64,000 nt of DNA from Gemmatimonadales bacterium (GTDB lineage Bacteria; Gemmatimonadota; Gemmatimonadetes; Gemmatimonadales; GWC2-71-9). Position 1 is the stretch's first letter. Every line of letters begins with the position of its first letter. The stretch is from assembly GCA_039915685.1 (NCBI GenBank), contig JBDSMU010000069.1, forward strand, positions 2,394 through 66,393. Direction: 5' to 3'. The translations under genes were made by a program, and so were the position numbers. The notes below the pieces were generated by a model. The model saw nothing but the letters and a program-made list of their open reading frames with translations, was not told the DNA's origin and searched no databases. Below are positions 46,001-53,884 of this stretch, piece after piece.

Positions 46001-46630
46001 TACGAGGGACAGGGTCCGGAGCACTCCAGCGGTCGGGTCGAACGGTTCCTGCAGTCAGCGGCCGAAGGGAACATGCGGGTGGTGAACTGCTCAACGTCGG
46101 CACAGTACTTCCATGTGCTCCGCAGGCAGGCGCGCTGGTCGATGCAGCGCCCGCTGGTGATCATGACCCCCAAGTCGCTGCTGCGCCTCCCGGCTGCGAG
46201 CTCGTCGCTCGACGACCTGGCGCAAGGACGATTCCACACCGTGATCGACGACAAGCGCTCCGACGACGACGCAGCGACGGCGAAGTCGATCGTGCTCTGC
46301 AGCGGCAAGATCTACTACGACCTGATGGATGAAGCGGGCGCGGGCGCGGTGCCGGTTGTGCGGGTCGAACAGCTCTACCCCTACCCCGAGCACGAACTAC
46401 GGGAATTGCTCAATCGGTATCCAGCCGTCACGGACGTGGTGTGGGCGCAGGAGGAACCACGCAACATGGGCGGATGGACGTTTATCGAACCTCGCCTCCG
46501 CGCGACGCTGGCCGACAGAGCACAGCTCCGCTATGTGGGACGGCCGGAACGAGCCTCGCCCGCCGAGGGTTATCCGGGGGCGCACAAGGCCGAGCAGGCG
46601 CGAATTGTGTCGGAGGCGAGGGGCGGCTGA
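43031..46630 (+). CDS. odhA: Multifunctional 2-oxoglutarate dehydrogenase E1 with an N-terminal E2-type acyltransferase domain (OdhA/Kgd type)
   Basis: 1199 aa. N-terminal catalytic-domain motif TSTYDHRVIQGAESGSFL, followed by the E1o sequence (GMAHRGRLNVL, GDVKYH, HGDAAFPGQG, HGYEGQGPEHSS). No lipoyl domain. Confidence 0.9.
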   Translation: MRELVVAAIDPEQPEFGIPAEAVYTAVLEAQSAVAFEAVPTSNGSGPIAAAPAAPPSPPAPPVPEGAVQLKGPPLRLAQNMDASLSMPTATTFRELPVQALEARRAEINAALKAAGRSEKLSFTHLIAWALVRGSREFPVMGTSVLQSGGSTYRIDPKHVNLGLAVDVERKDGSRGLVVPVLKQADTMDFAGFLAAYETIVDKARNNRLMPDDFAGATMTLTNPGGLGTVGSVPRLMMGQGTIFATGAIAFPPAFATADMATIRQLGISKVMMLTSTYDHRVIQGAESGSFLRLVEQLLRGEQAFYEEVAGSIGIALGSTSAATPVTPPAQPIVLTPGSAVATTAQVDAVAAAMMLVNAYRTHGHLAASLDPLGTDPVGDPALDPASVGLTPELMAAIPAAPLRVAVPGTTLADALANLRATYCGTIAYEVEHIASHERRAWLREQIESGANRVRLSDDDKKAVLTRLTQVEGLERFLGKAYLGQKRFSIEGVDMMVPMLDRAFEIASEAGVRDVVLGMAHRGRLNVLSHTVGRPYETLFAEFEGARHESQTSAPDGGTGDVKYHAGASGAFAARNGKSLGVTLLPNPSHLEFVGAVVDGRTRALQTNRRGRDAHFDSTIALPVVIHGDAAFPGQGIVAETLNLGGLEGYRTGGTVHLIANNQVGFTTDPGEARSTRYASDLAKGFDIPIIHVNADDPEACLSAIELAMAYRITFHDDVVIDLVGYRRHGHNEGDEPSYTQPTMYNRIRDLPTVRERYATALEADGTIAAGEGDVMAEATYQNFVEIQTSFKASLASNRPREETPREPGSVEYTDTAVDAETLTALNEQLLAFPAGFAVHPKLARQLERRRGTLQDAHGIEWGHAEALAFASLLVEGTPLRLTGQDVQRGTFSHRHLMLHDVNTNAQWAPLQSLPGAQAPIEAYNSPLSELAAIGFEYGYATAAPEALVLWEAQFGDFVNGAQVMLDQFVAAGYSKWGVTSRLTLLLPHGYEGQGPEHSSGRVERFLQSAAEGNMRVVNCSTSAQYFHVLRRQARWSMQRPLVIMTPKSLLRLPAASSSLDDLAQGRFHTVIDDKRSDDDAATAKSIVLCSGKIYYDLMDEAGAGAVPVVRVEQLYPYPEHELRELLNRYPAVTDVVWAQEEPRNMGGWTFIEPRLRATLADRAQLRYVGRPERASPAEGYPGAHKAEQARIVSEARGG

Positions 46631-46642
46631 GCCGCCCCTCGT

Positions 46643-47074
46643 TCAGCTCGGCGGGAGCAGCGGACGCTCGCTCGCCTGACGGGCAAGTTGCTTGAGCGGG
46701 TCTGACAAGTGTTCGCCGTAGTGCAGTAGGAACACGCCCCGGGCGCGGCGGGCCATCAAGAATGCCATCAACGGTGTATCGGCCTTCGCGGCGTTGCACG
46801 GCCGGCACGCGAGCACCAGATTGTCCGCGCGATCGTACGCGGACTGGCCGCGTCGCGGGCGGACATGGTCCAACGTGATGGTTTCAGCGGGAACGCGGGT
46901 ACCGCAGTAAGCGCACACTGATCCGTGGCGCGCGAGCAGCCATTCACGGTGCGATCCGTAGGCACGACCCGGCGATCGGCGAAGCCCACCACCCTTCTGC
47001 GCTGTTCCTGTCTCTTCTGCTTCTTCCACTGGCGGGGCAACGGCAGTGCCGCCCCGGCGTCTCGAACGTGCCAC
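46643..47074 (-). CDS. Stand-alone HNH endonuclease
   Basis: CAYCG...LDHVRPR...DNLVLACRPCNAAK. GTG start 5 nt after AAGGA. Convergent with odhA, 12 nt apart. Confidence 0.8.
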   Translation of the reverse strand: MARSRRRGGTAVAPPVEEAEETGTAQKGGGLRRSPGRAYGSHREWLLARHGSVCAYCGTRVPAETITLDHVRPRRGQSAYDRADNLVLACRPCNAAKADTPLMAFLMARRARGVFLLHYGEHLSDPLKQLARQASERPLLPPS

Positions 47075-47124
47075 GTAGATCCTTCTCGGTTACTGGGTCC
47101 AGCGCGGAAAGATAGTCGGAGAAA

Positions 47125-47244
47125 GGTTGAAGGGTTGAAGGGTTGAAGGGTTGAAGGGTTGAGGGGTTGAGGGGTTGAGGGGTTGAAAGGTTGAAAGGTT
47201 GAAAGGTTGAAGGGTTGAAAGGTTGAAGGGTTGAAAGGTTGAAG
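47125..47244. repeat. 15-copy 8-bp tandem repeat GGTTGARR (G-rich on plus strand, G-free on minus strand)
   Basis: Units read directly: GGTTGAAG x4, GGTTGAGG x3, GGTTGAAA x3, then AAG/AAA/AAG/AAA/AAG. Contiguous, with no spacers. Confidence 0.95.
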
Positions 47245-47263
47245 GGCAAATGGAGAGAGGGGG

Positions 47264-47325
47264 ATGACGGATGACCGACTCACCGTTTGTCGGTCATCGG
47301 TCATCGGTCATCGGTCATCGGTCAA
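47264..47325. repeat. Heptamer array (CGGTCAT x4 + CGGTCAA) with two inverted copies, forming a 10-bp hairpin
   Basis: ATGACGG ATGACCG AC (47264-47279) / loop tcaccgttt / GTCGGTCATC (47289-47298). Direct heptamers span 47291-47325. The last unit contains the stop codon of the 47322-48155 gene. Confidence 0.9.
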
Positions 47326-48155
47326 CCGCCCACAGCCACCAACCAGGCCGCCAGCAGAATCGCCGCGACCGCCACCAAAACCCGCGTCGTCACCGACTGC
47401 GGGAGCCGAGCGCCGTGTTCGGCCCCGTCGAGGAACGACGGAATCAGCATCGGATGGCGGGCACGAACGGCATCCAGGGACCCGAGCACCTGCTCGGCCC
47501 GTGTCGGGCGGCGGGAGACATCGGGGTCGACCATGCTGTCGATCAGGTGATGCAGCTCGGGCGGAAGCGCCCGGCGGTGGCGTGACAACGGCAGTGGTGT
47601 CCCGGCCGGGAGATCGCCGGCAAGGAGCGCATAGGCCACTTGGCCCAGTGCGTCGAGGTCATCCCGGACAGTTCCGGTACCGGCGGTGTCGACCCCGCCC
47701 AGCACCGCACCACGATCGGTCAGGTAGACCGCATCGAGGCCGAGCGCGCCGTGGGTCAAGTTGCGACGATGAAGTGAGGCCAGCGCTCTGGCGAGGTCCC
47801 GCAGCGCCGCGATAGCCTCGGGAACCGGAAGGGCCGACCGTCGAGCCAGCCGCTCTCGTAGCGTGAGTCCCTCGGGGCGGGCGGTGACGAGGCAGGCGTG
47901 ACCGTCGACCTCGGCGGTGTCCCCGGGGGCTACGAGCGCCGCATGCTGCGCTGCTCGAAAGCGGTCGACCATGCTTCTCAATGCTTCAGGCGTGGGACCG
48001 ATTGGTGCGCGCGGGTAGACCGTCACGAGGGCGGCGTCGCGGCCCCGGGTCGCCGCATAGCGGTACGACCCATCGGGAGAAGGGAGTCGATCGCCGATCA
48101 TCAAGTCGCCGCCAATCGCCAGGCGGATGCGTGCACGCAAGCTGTCATTGCTCAT
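47322..48155 (-). CDS. Membrane-anchored protein-kinase-like protein (predicted pseudokinase)
   Basis: Kinase-fold spacing, but the Gly loop, VAIK Lys, HRD (HRRNLTHGA) and DFG (LGG) are all degenerate. C-terminal TM helix VLVAVAAILLAAWLVAV. Confidence 0.65.
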   Translation of the reverse strand: MSNDSLRARIRLAIGGDLMIGDRLPSPDGSYRYAATRGRDAALVTVYPRAPIGPTPEALRSMVDRFRAAQHAALVAPGDTAEVDGHACLVTARPEGLTLRERLARRSALPVPEAIAALRDLARALASLHRRNLTHGALGLDAVYLTDRGAVLGGVDTAGTGTVRDDLDALGQVAYALLAGDLPAGTPLPLSRHRRALPPELHHLIDSMVDPDVSRRPTRAEQVLGSLDAVRARHPMLIPSFLDGAEHGARLPQSVTTRVLVAVAAILLAAWLVAVGG

Positions 48156-48439
48156 ACCGGCCCGTTGAGGTCATGGTCAGGGGGATCGGGGCCGCTCAAA
48201 GCGACCGGAGCAAACCATCCATGCATCACGCGTGCCGGAACCCAAGTACCCGGGCTGGGTGGAAACCGGCGGGGGGCCGGGCTCCCGGATCCCAATCGGG
48301 GCGCCATGTCCACGCTCTGTGTGTCACGACTGCCACATTAAGCCGGTGACAGGCGGAGCTCGGCCGCCCATCTTGCCTGCCGTCCGCCTTGCCGGCGCCC
48401 ACAGCCCGGTAACACCGTTGATCGCACCGCGCGGGGCCC

Positions 48440-50092
48440 ATGAGCCGCACCAAGAAGAAGCCGACAACGCCGATCCGGACCCCGACCCCCACGCGCGCGG
48501 CGGCCGTTCGCTTGGTGGAGATCGACATCCTCGCCGCGATCACCGTGGTGGTTTGCGTCGTCCTTGCCTACGCGACGCACAACAGCATCAACCCCGATGG
48601 GGTGTCTTACCTCGATCTCGCCGCTGCACTCCGCCGCGGCGACTGGAGATCCTTCGTGCAGGGTTATTGGTCGCCGCTCTATCCGGCGCTCCTGGCCGTT
48701 GTGGGTAGCGCGTCGTCGTTCGAGGGCAACGCCTTCCTCCCCACGGTCCATTATCTCAACGCCGCCATCGCCGGCCTCGGTGTGGCGGCGATCTGGCGGT
48801 GGGGCCATCGCACACGCGATCGAATCATTGCCCGCGCCGGCATGGCCACGTTCATCATGGCTGCTGCCCGACCATTGCGAATCGAGTCCGTGACCCCTGA
48901 CCTGCTTCTCCTCTCGCTGATGGCATGGACAGCGTACGAACTCATTGTGCACCGCGGCGAACGCTGGATCCGTCTCGGTTTGCTGCTCGGCGTGCTGTTT
49001 CTCACCAAGACCAGTGTCTGGCCTTGGCTCATTGTGTTCACGCTGGTGCGCGTGGCCGACAACGACGGCCGCCTGGCGCGCACGGTTGCCCTGCGTGCAG
49101 GTGGAGTGATGATGCTGGTGGTGGCACCGTGGATCATCGCGATGAGCAGCAGCGTCAACCATTTCACGATGTCATCGGCCGGTCGACTCAACATCTGCTG
49201 GTATCTGGAGTCCTGTGACGGTCGTACCCCCGACACCCACGTCGGTGACCACCAGCTGTACGGGCAGATTCCACTGGAAAGCGGCGAGGCTGTTGTTGTC
49301 GCCGGCATCGATGACAAACACCGCTGGACCTACCTGCCGTGGTCTGATCCGACGACATGGGGAGCGGGCGTCATCAGACAGAACACCACGCCGCCCACCA
49401 TCGGCAGCCTTATGTCTTACTGGGCGAAGCAGGGGTACTACGCCGTCGGATACTGGATCTCGCCGGTTGTATTGCTGGTGCTCGTGCCGTTCGCCCTGGT
49501 GCATCGGCGGCGGCCTGAGGGTCGCATACCCGATCCCGCACAGGGCAAGATGCTGGTGCTCGCCGCGCTGGGCCTGGCTGGGATCGCGCAGTTCATTGCC
49601 GTGCACGCCGAGCCGCGGCTGATCGCGCCGTTCGTGATGCTGATGGTCATGGCGCTGCTGGCGTGGCTGCGGATGAGGGCGCCCACCGATGACTCGATTA
49701 CGGTGCCCGCGCGACGATGGCGGGACGGTGTGACGGCGGCGATGGCGGCCATCGCGCTGATACTCGGCGCCGGTCGGGTCAGCGGCGAAATGGAGGCGAG
49801 CGGCGAGGTGGCGCGGCGATTCGCAGTGATCGAGTCACGTTTCCGCGTGATCGACACCGGCGTCGACCGGCGCGTTGCGCTGATTGGGTACGCCATGCCT
49901 GCCCTGGGCGACCTGTGGAGGGCAGGGGCGCGCGTAGTGGCCCAGATACCACCCTATGCAGCAGTCCTGATCGGCCAACTCCCCGCCGACAAGCAGGCGG
50001 AGGAGTTGCGTCGGATGTTCGGGGGCACTGCCCACGCCGCCTGGTTGGTCAATCCAGACGGCCGGTTCCAGTGGGTAAACTTGGGCGAATAG
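48440..50092 (+). CDS. Large polytopic membrane protein, possibly a GT-C-type (ArnT/PMT-like) glycosyltransferase
   Basis: Ten or more TM segments, basic N-terminus, and a first periplasmic loop with NPDGVSYLDLA. The family call is tentative. Confidence 0.5.
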   Translation: MSRTKKKPTTPIRTPTPTRAAAVRLVEIDILAAITVVVCVVLAYATHNSINPDGVSYLDLAAALRRGDWRSFVQGYWSPLYPALLAVVGSASSFEGNAFLPTVHYLNAAIAGLGVAAIWRWGHRTRDRIIARAGMATFIMAAARPLRIESVTPDLLLLSLMAWTAYELIVHRGERWIRLGLLLGVLFLTKTSVWPWLIVFTLVRVADNDGRLARTVALRAGGVMMLVVAPWIIAMSSSVNHFTMSSAGRLNICWYLESCDGRTPDTHVGDHQLYGQIPLESGEAVVVAGIDDKHRWTYLPWSDPTTWGAGVIRQNTTPPTIGSLMSYWAKQGYYAVGYWISPVVLLVLVPFALVHRRRPEGRIPDPAQGKMLVLAALGLAGIAQFIAVHAEPRLIAPFVMLMVMALLAWLRMRAPTDDSITVPARRWRDGVTAAMAAIALILGAGRVSGEMEASGEVARRFAVIESRFRVIDTGVDRRVALIGYAMPALGDLWRAGARVVAQIPPYAAVLIGQLPADKQAEELRRMFGGTAHAAWLVNPDGRFQWVNLGE

Positions 50093-50097
50093 CGCTC

Positions 50098-50583
50098 CTA
50101 CTTCTTCTTGCTCGCCGCCGCGCTCTTCGTGGCCGCTGCCTTTGCCTTCCTGGCCTTCACAGCACGGGTGACCACTCGTCCCACTAGTGCGGCCGTGGCA
50201 ACGCCCGCGGCCACCTTCATGACCGTGACACGCTTTGCCTTCTTCTTGTCTTCCTGCCGTTCAGCCACCTTGGTCTTGACCTGCCGGGCAACCGCAACGG
50301 CAACTGCGGCGGCAGCGGCACGTGCGCCGGACTTGGCGCCGGCCCGCGCCAGGTTACCTAGGACACGCCCCACAACGGCGGTTTTCGATGGCTTCGTCGC
50401 AGCCCTGGTGGACTTGGTTGATTTGGTCGCCTTGGTCGACGCCTGCTTCGTGCCGGTGGTCCGGCGGACCGTTGCCTTCTTCGCGGACTTCCGGCGCGCG
50501 CGGGCCGGGGCCTTGGCTGCGGAAGCATCGGGAGCGTCGGGAGCGTCGGTGGTGGTCGAATCAGTTTCGTCGGTCGTGGCCAT
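50098..50583 (-). CDS. Lys/Ala-rich basic protein (histone-H1-like low-complexity) with an acidic N-terminus
   Basis: [19 protein letters not shown] followed by AKK/KAT/KSTK repeats and a C-terminal [19 protein letters not shown]. Start refined to ATG 50583. Confidence 0.55.
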   Translation of the reverse strand: MATTDETDSTTTDAPDAPDASAAKAPARARRKSAKKATVRRTTGTKQASTKATKSTKSTRAATKPSKTAVVGRVLGNLARAGAKSGARAAAAAVAVAVARQVKTKVAERQEDKKKAKRVTVMKVAAGVATAALVGRVVTRAVKARKAKAAATKSAAASKKK

Positions 50584-50749
50584 CGTGTCCCCATCGGTGT
50601 CGGGAGAAGTGTGCAACTGTTCCACAAATGGTGACGATCGAGCGGTGAGCGCTGGCACCGGGGCTCCGGATGACCGCAATACTCCCCGGTTCCGGCTCCC
50701 CATTTACCTTTCCCCGCCGACATCAATCTGCACCTCAGCCTCGAGTCCC

Positions 50750-52735
50750 GTGAGCCAGCCCTCCAGCACCCCGATCTCGACTCCTGCCGCGTGGCAGGCG
50801 ATCAACTCCCTCCGGGTCCTCGCGATGGACGCGGTGGAACGCGCCAACAGCGGCCATCCGGGAACACCGATGGCGCTCGCCCCAGCGGCCTACGTGCTCT
50901 GGCGTCACCATCTGATGTACGATCCGGCACACCCGCTGTGGGCCAATCGCGACCGGTTCGTACTCTCCTGCGGCCACGCATCGATGTTGCTCTACGGACT
51001 GCTGCACCTGTCGGGATACGATCTCCCTCTCGAGGAGATCAAGAACTTTCGGCAATGGGGTTCGCTGACCCCGGGGCACCCGGAGCGGGGCCACACAGTT
51101 GGGGTCGAAACCACCACCGGGCCGCTGGGGCAGGGTTTCGGCAACTCGGTCGGCATGGCGATCGCCGAACGGCTGCTCGCCAGCCAGCACAACGCCGACG
51201 GCGCAATCGTTGACCATCATACATGGGTGTTCGCGAGTGATGGCGACATGATGGAAGGTCTATCGAGCGAGGCCGCGTCGTTGGCCGGCCACCTCAAGCT
51301 CGCCAAGCTCACCGTCGTGTATGACGACAACCACATCACCATCGACGGTCGCACCGATCTCGCATTCACCGAAGATGTCGGAATGCGCTTCACGGCGTAC
51401 GACTGGACCGTGCTGCACGTGCATGACGGCAACGACCTCGATGCAATCGATGCCGCGTACCGTACGGCACGCGAATCCGATCGGCCGACCCTGATCGTGC
51501 TCCGCACAGTGATCGCCGACCCCGCTCCCACGAAGCGCGACACCTCGGAAGCCCACGGCGCTCCGCTCGGCAAAGAAGAGATCGCCCGCACCAAGGAAAT
51601 CCTCGGTTGGCCGTCGGATCCGTTTCACGTGCCGGATGGCGCGTACACCGAGATGCAGCCGGCGGCGGAACGAGGCGCGAGCGCGAGGGCCAGGTGGGAA
51701 GCAGCAATGGCGCAGCATCCACGGGCCGATGCATTTCGCGCACAGCTCAGCGGCGCATTGCCCGACGGGTGGGATGCTGCGCTTCCTGATCTTGCAACCG
51801 AGTCGCTCGCCAGTCGCCAGGCATCACAGAAGGCGTTGGCCGCCCTCGCGCCGATCATTCCCGGCCTTGCCGGCGGATCAGCCGACTTGGGCGGCAGCAA
51901 CGGCACCAACATCAAGTTCGGCGACACCTTCGGCCCCGAGTCCACCGGACCGCGACTCCACTGGGGTGTGCGCGAGCACGCGATGTGCGCCGCGCTCAAC
52001 GGCATGGCCGCACACGGCGGGGTACGTCCGTACGGCGCGACATTCCTGGTCTTTTCCGACTACTGCAAGCCGTCGATCCGCCTCGCGTCGTTGATGAAGT
52101 TGCCGGTGATCTATGTGTTCACGCATGACTCGATCGGTGTTGGCGAGGACGGACCGACCCACGAGCCGATCGAGCATCTCGCGATGCTGCGCGGCATCCC
52201 CGGTCTGGTGACAATTCGTCCCGCCGATGCCGCCGAAACCGTCGAGGCATGGCGCACCGCGGTTACCCGGACATCCGGCCCCACCGCCCTGATCCTCACG
52301 CGGCAGAAACTTCCCGCCCTGACGCGTTCGGCCGACAGCGTGCGTGAACTGTCGCGGGGCGGTTACATCCTGTACGAGCCCGCCGAGGCACCACTCGGCG
52401 TGATCATCGCCACGGGGTCAGAGGTTTCCGTTGCCATGGACGCGGCAAAGCGCCTTGCCGACGAATCGTTCCCGTTGCGGGTGGTGTCGATGCCGTCGTG
52501 GGAACTTTTTGCTGCGCAGGACGATGCGTGGCGCCATCGCGTGCTGCCGCTGTCGCTCACCGCGCGTGTGTCAATCGAGGCAGCCGCCACGTTCGGCTGG
52601 CGTCAGTGGATCGGCGATCGCGGCGTCGCGATCGGGATTGACCACTACGGTCAGTCTGCGCCCGGTGAGCGACTTTTCAAGGAGTTCGGCTTCACGCCGG
52701 ACCATGTTGTCGACGCGATCCGTTCGATCGCCTGA
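50750..52735 (+). CDS. tkt: Transketolase
   Basis: [47 protein letters not shown]. Start refined to GTG 50750, giving a 661-aa protein of typical length. Confidence 0.95.
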   Translation: MSQPSSTPISTPAAWQAINSLRVLAMDAVERANSGHPGTPMALAPAAYVLWRHHLMYDPAHPLWANRDRFVLSCGHASMLLYGLLHLSGYDLPLEEIKNFRQWGSLTPGHPERGHTVGVETTTGPLGQGFGNSVGMAIAERLLASQHNADGAIVDHHTWVFASDGDMMEGLSSEAASLAGHLKLAKLTVVYDDNHITIDGRTDLAFTEDVGMRFTAYDWTVLHVHDGNDLDAIDAAYRTARESDRPTLIVLRTVIADPAPTKRDTSEAHGAPLGKEEIARTKEILGWPSDPFHVPDGAYTEMQPAAERGASARARWEAAMAQHPRADAFRAQLSGALPDGWDAALPDLATESLASRQASQKALAALAPIIPGLAGGSADLGGSNGTNIKFGDTFGPESTGPRLHWGVREHAMCAALNGMAAHGGVRPYGATFLVFSDYCKPSIRLASLMKLPVIYVFTHDSIGVGEDGPTHEPIEHLAMLRGIPGLVTIRPADAAETVEAWRTAVTRTSGPTALILTRQKLPALTRSADSVRELSRGGYILYEPAEAPLGVIIATGSEVSVAMDAAKRLADESFPLRVVSMPSWELFAAQDDAWRHRVLPLSLTARVSIEAAATFGWRQWIGDRGVAIGIDHYGQSAPGERLFKEFGFTPDHVVDAIRSIA

Positions 52736-52749
52736 CGTTCGAGGCTGAC

Positions 52750-53862
52750 ATGACGCGACATCCATTGGTCCGACTGTGTGATCTCGGCCAGAGTCCCTGG
52801 TACGACTTCATCACCCGCGACCTGGTGCGCTCGGGCGAGTTGGCTCGGCTCATTCGCGATGAAGGGCTGCGGGGGATGACGTCCAACCCGACGATTTTCG
52901 AGAAGGCCATTGCGTCGAGCAGCGACTACGACGAGGACATTGCGGCGCTGGCCGCTGGCGGTGCCACACCGAGCGAGATCGCCGAGTCGATCGCTGTGGC
53001 CGATGTACAGGCGGCCTGTGATGTGTTCCGGCCGGTGTACGACGCCAGTGGGCACGGCGACGGGACTGTTTCGCTGGAGGTGGCGCCGACCCTGGCGAAT
53101 GACACCGCAGGCACCATTGCCGAGGCCGAGCGACTCTGGACGCGCCTCGATCGGCCCAACGTGATGATCAAGATTCCCGGCACGCTGGCCGGCCTCCCCG
53201 CGATCACGCATTGCCTGGCGCAGGGCATCAACGTCAACGTCACCCTGCTCTTCTCGGTGGGGCGCTATCGACGTGTTATCGACGCATTCATGAGTGGCCT
53301 CGAGCAGCGCGCCGCGGCCGGTGGCGCAATCGACGCCCTGCACTCGGTGGCGTCATTCTTCGTGAGCCGAGTCGACGGCCAGACTGACTCCGCGCTCGCA
53401 CAGGTTGGCGCAACCGGTGAGCCGTTTCTCCACCGGATCGCGATCGCGAATGCGGTGCATGCGTACGACGCGTTCGGACAGTCGCTCAACACACCCCGCT
53501 GGCAGGCACTCGCCGCGCTCGGTGCGCGGGCGCAGCGCCCGCTCTGGGCCTCGACCAGCACCAAGGATCCGTCGCTCCCCGACACATGGTACGTTGAGGC
53601 ACTGATCGCACCCGATACTGTCAACACCCTCCCGCCCGACACCTTCCGTGCCTACGCCGACCATGGAGATCCGCACGTCCGGATCACCGTCGATGCGGAG
53701 CGCGACGCCGCGGCAATGCTGGCGGCCTACGAAGCGCTCAACGTGGCGCCGCTGGCCGAACGGACCGTCTTCCTTGAAGAGGACGGGGTCGCCAAATTCG
53801 CAGCAAGCTGGACCGAATTGCTGGATAGCATCGAAGCCAAGGGCCGGGCGCTCACCGGCTGA
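52750..53862 (+). CDS. tal: Transaldolase (long form)
   Basis: GQSPWYDFITR, TSNPTIFEKAI, MIKIPGT, VASFFVSRVD. Confidence 0.95.
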   Translation: MTRHPLVRLCDLGQSPWYDFITRDLVRSGELARLIRDEGLRGMTSNPTIFEKAIASSSDYDEDIAALAAGGATPSEIAESIAVADVQAACDVFRPVYDASGHGDGTVSLEVAPTLANDTAGTIAEAERLWTRLDRPNVMIKIPGTLAGLPAITHCLAQGINVNVTLLFSVGRYRRVIDAFMSGLEQRAAAGGAIDALHSVASFFVSRVDGQTDSALAQVGATGEPFLHRIAIANAVHAYDAFGQSLNTPRWQALAALGARAQRPLWASTSTKDPSLPDTWYVEALIAPDTVNTLPPDTFRAYADHGDPHVRITVDAERDAAAMLAAYEALNVAPLAERTVFLEEDGVAKFAASWTELLDSIEAKGRALTG

Positions 53863-53884
53863 CCCTCCGCACGACGAGGATTGC

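Noticed and set aside
47075-47124. A phase-variable promoter for HNH in which 8-bp repeat number sets the -35/-10 spacing
   Set aside because: The best -10-like hexamer (TATCTT on the minus strand) lies outside the array. The nearest TTCAAC copies give spacers of 11 or 19 nt whatever the total copy number, so changing the repeat number would not tune the spacing.
46768-47304. Minus-strand ORFs (178 aa and 101 aa) encoding QPFNPSTF-type repeats that run from the repeat arrays into the HNH gene. I considered a possible phase-variable fusion to HNH.
   Set aside because: The peptide repeat is simply the 8-bp array read cyclically through all three frames. The ORFs overlap HNH out of frame. The HNH frame has a TAA 18 nt upstream of its GTG, so loss or gain of a repeat unit cannot fuse them.
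47125-47325. Possible CRISPR array
   Set aside because: The units are 7-8 bp and contiguous with no spacers, and there are no cas genes in the window.
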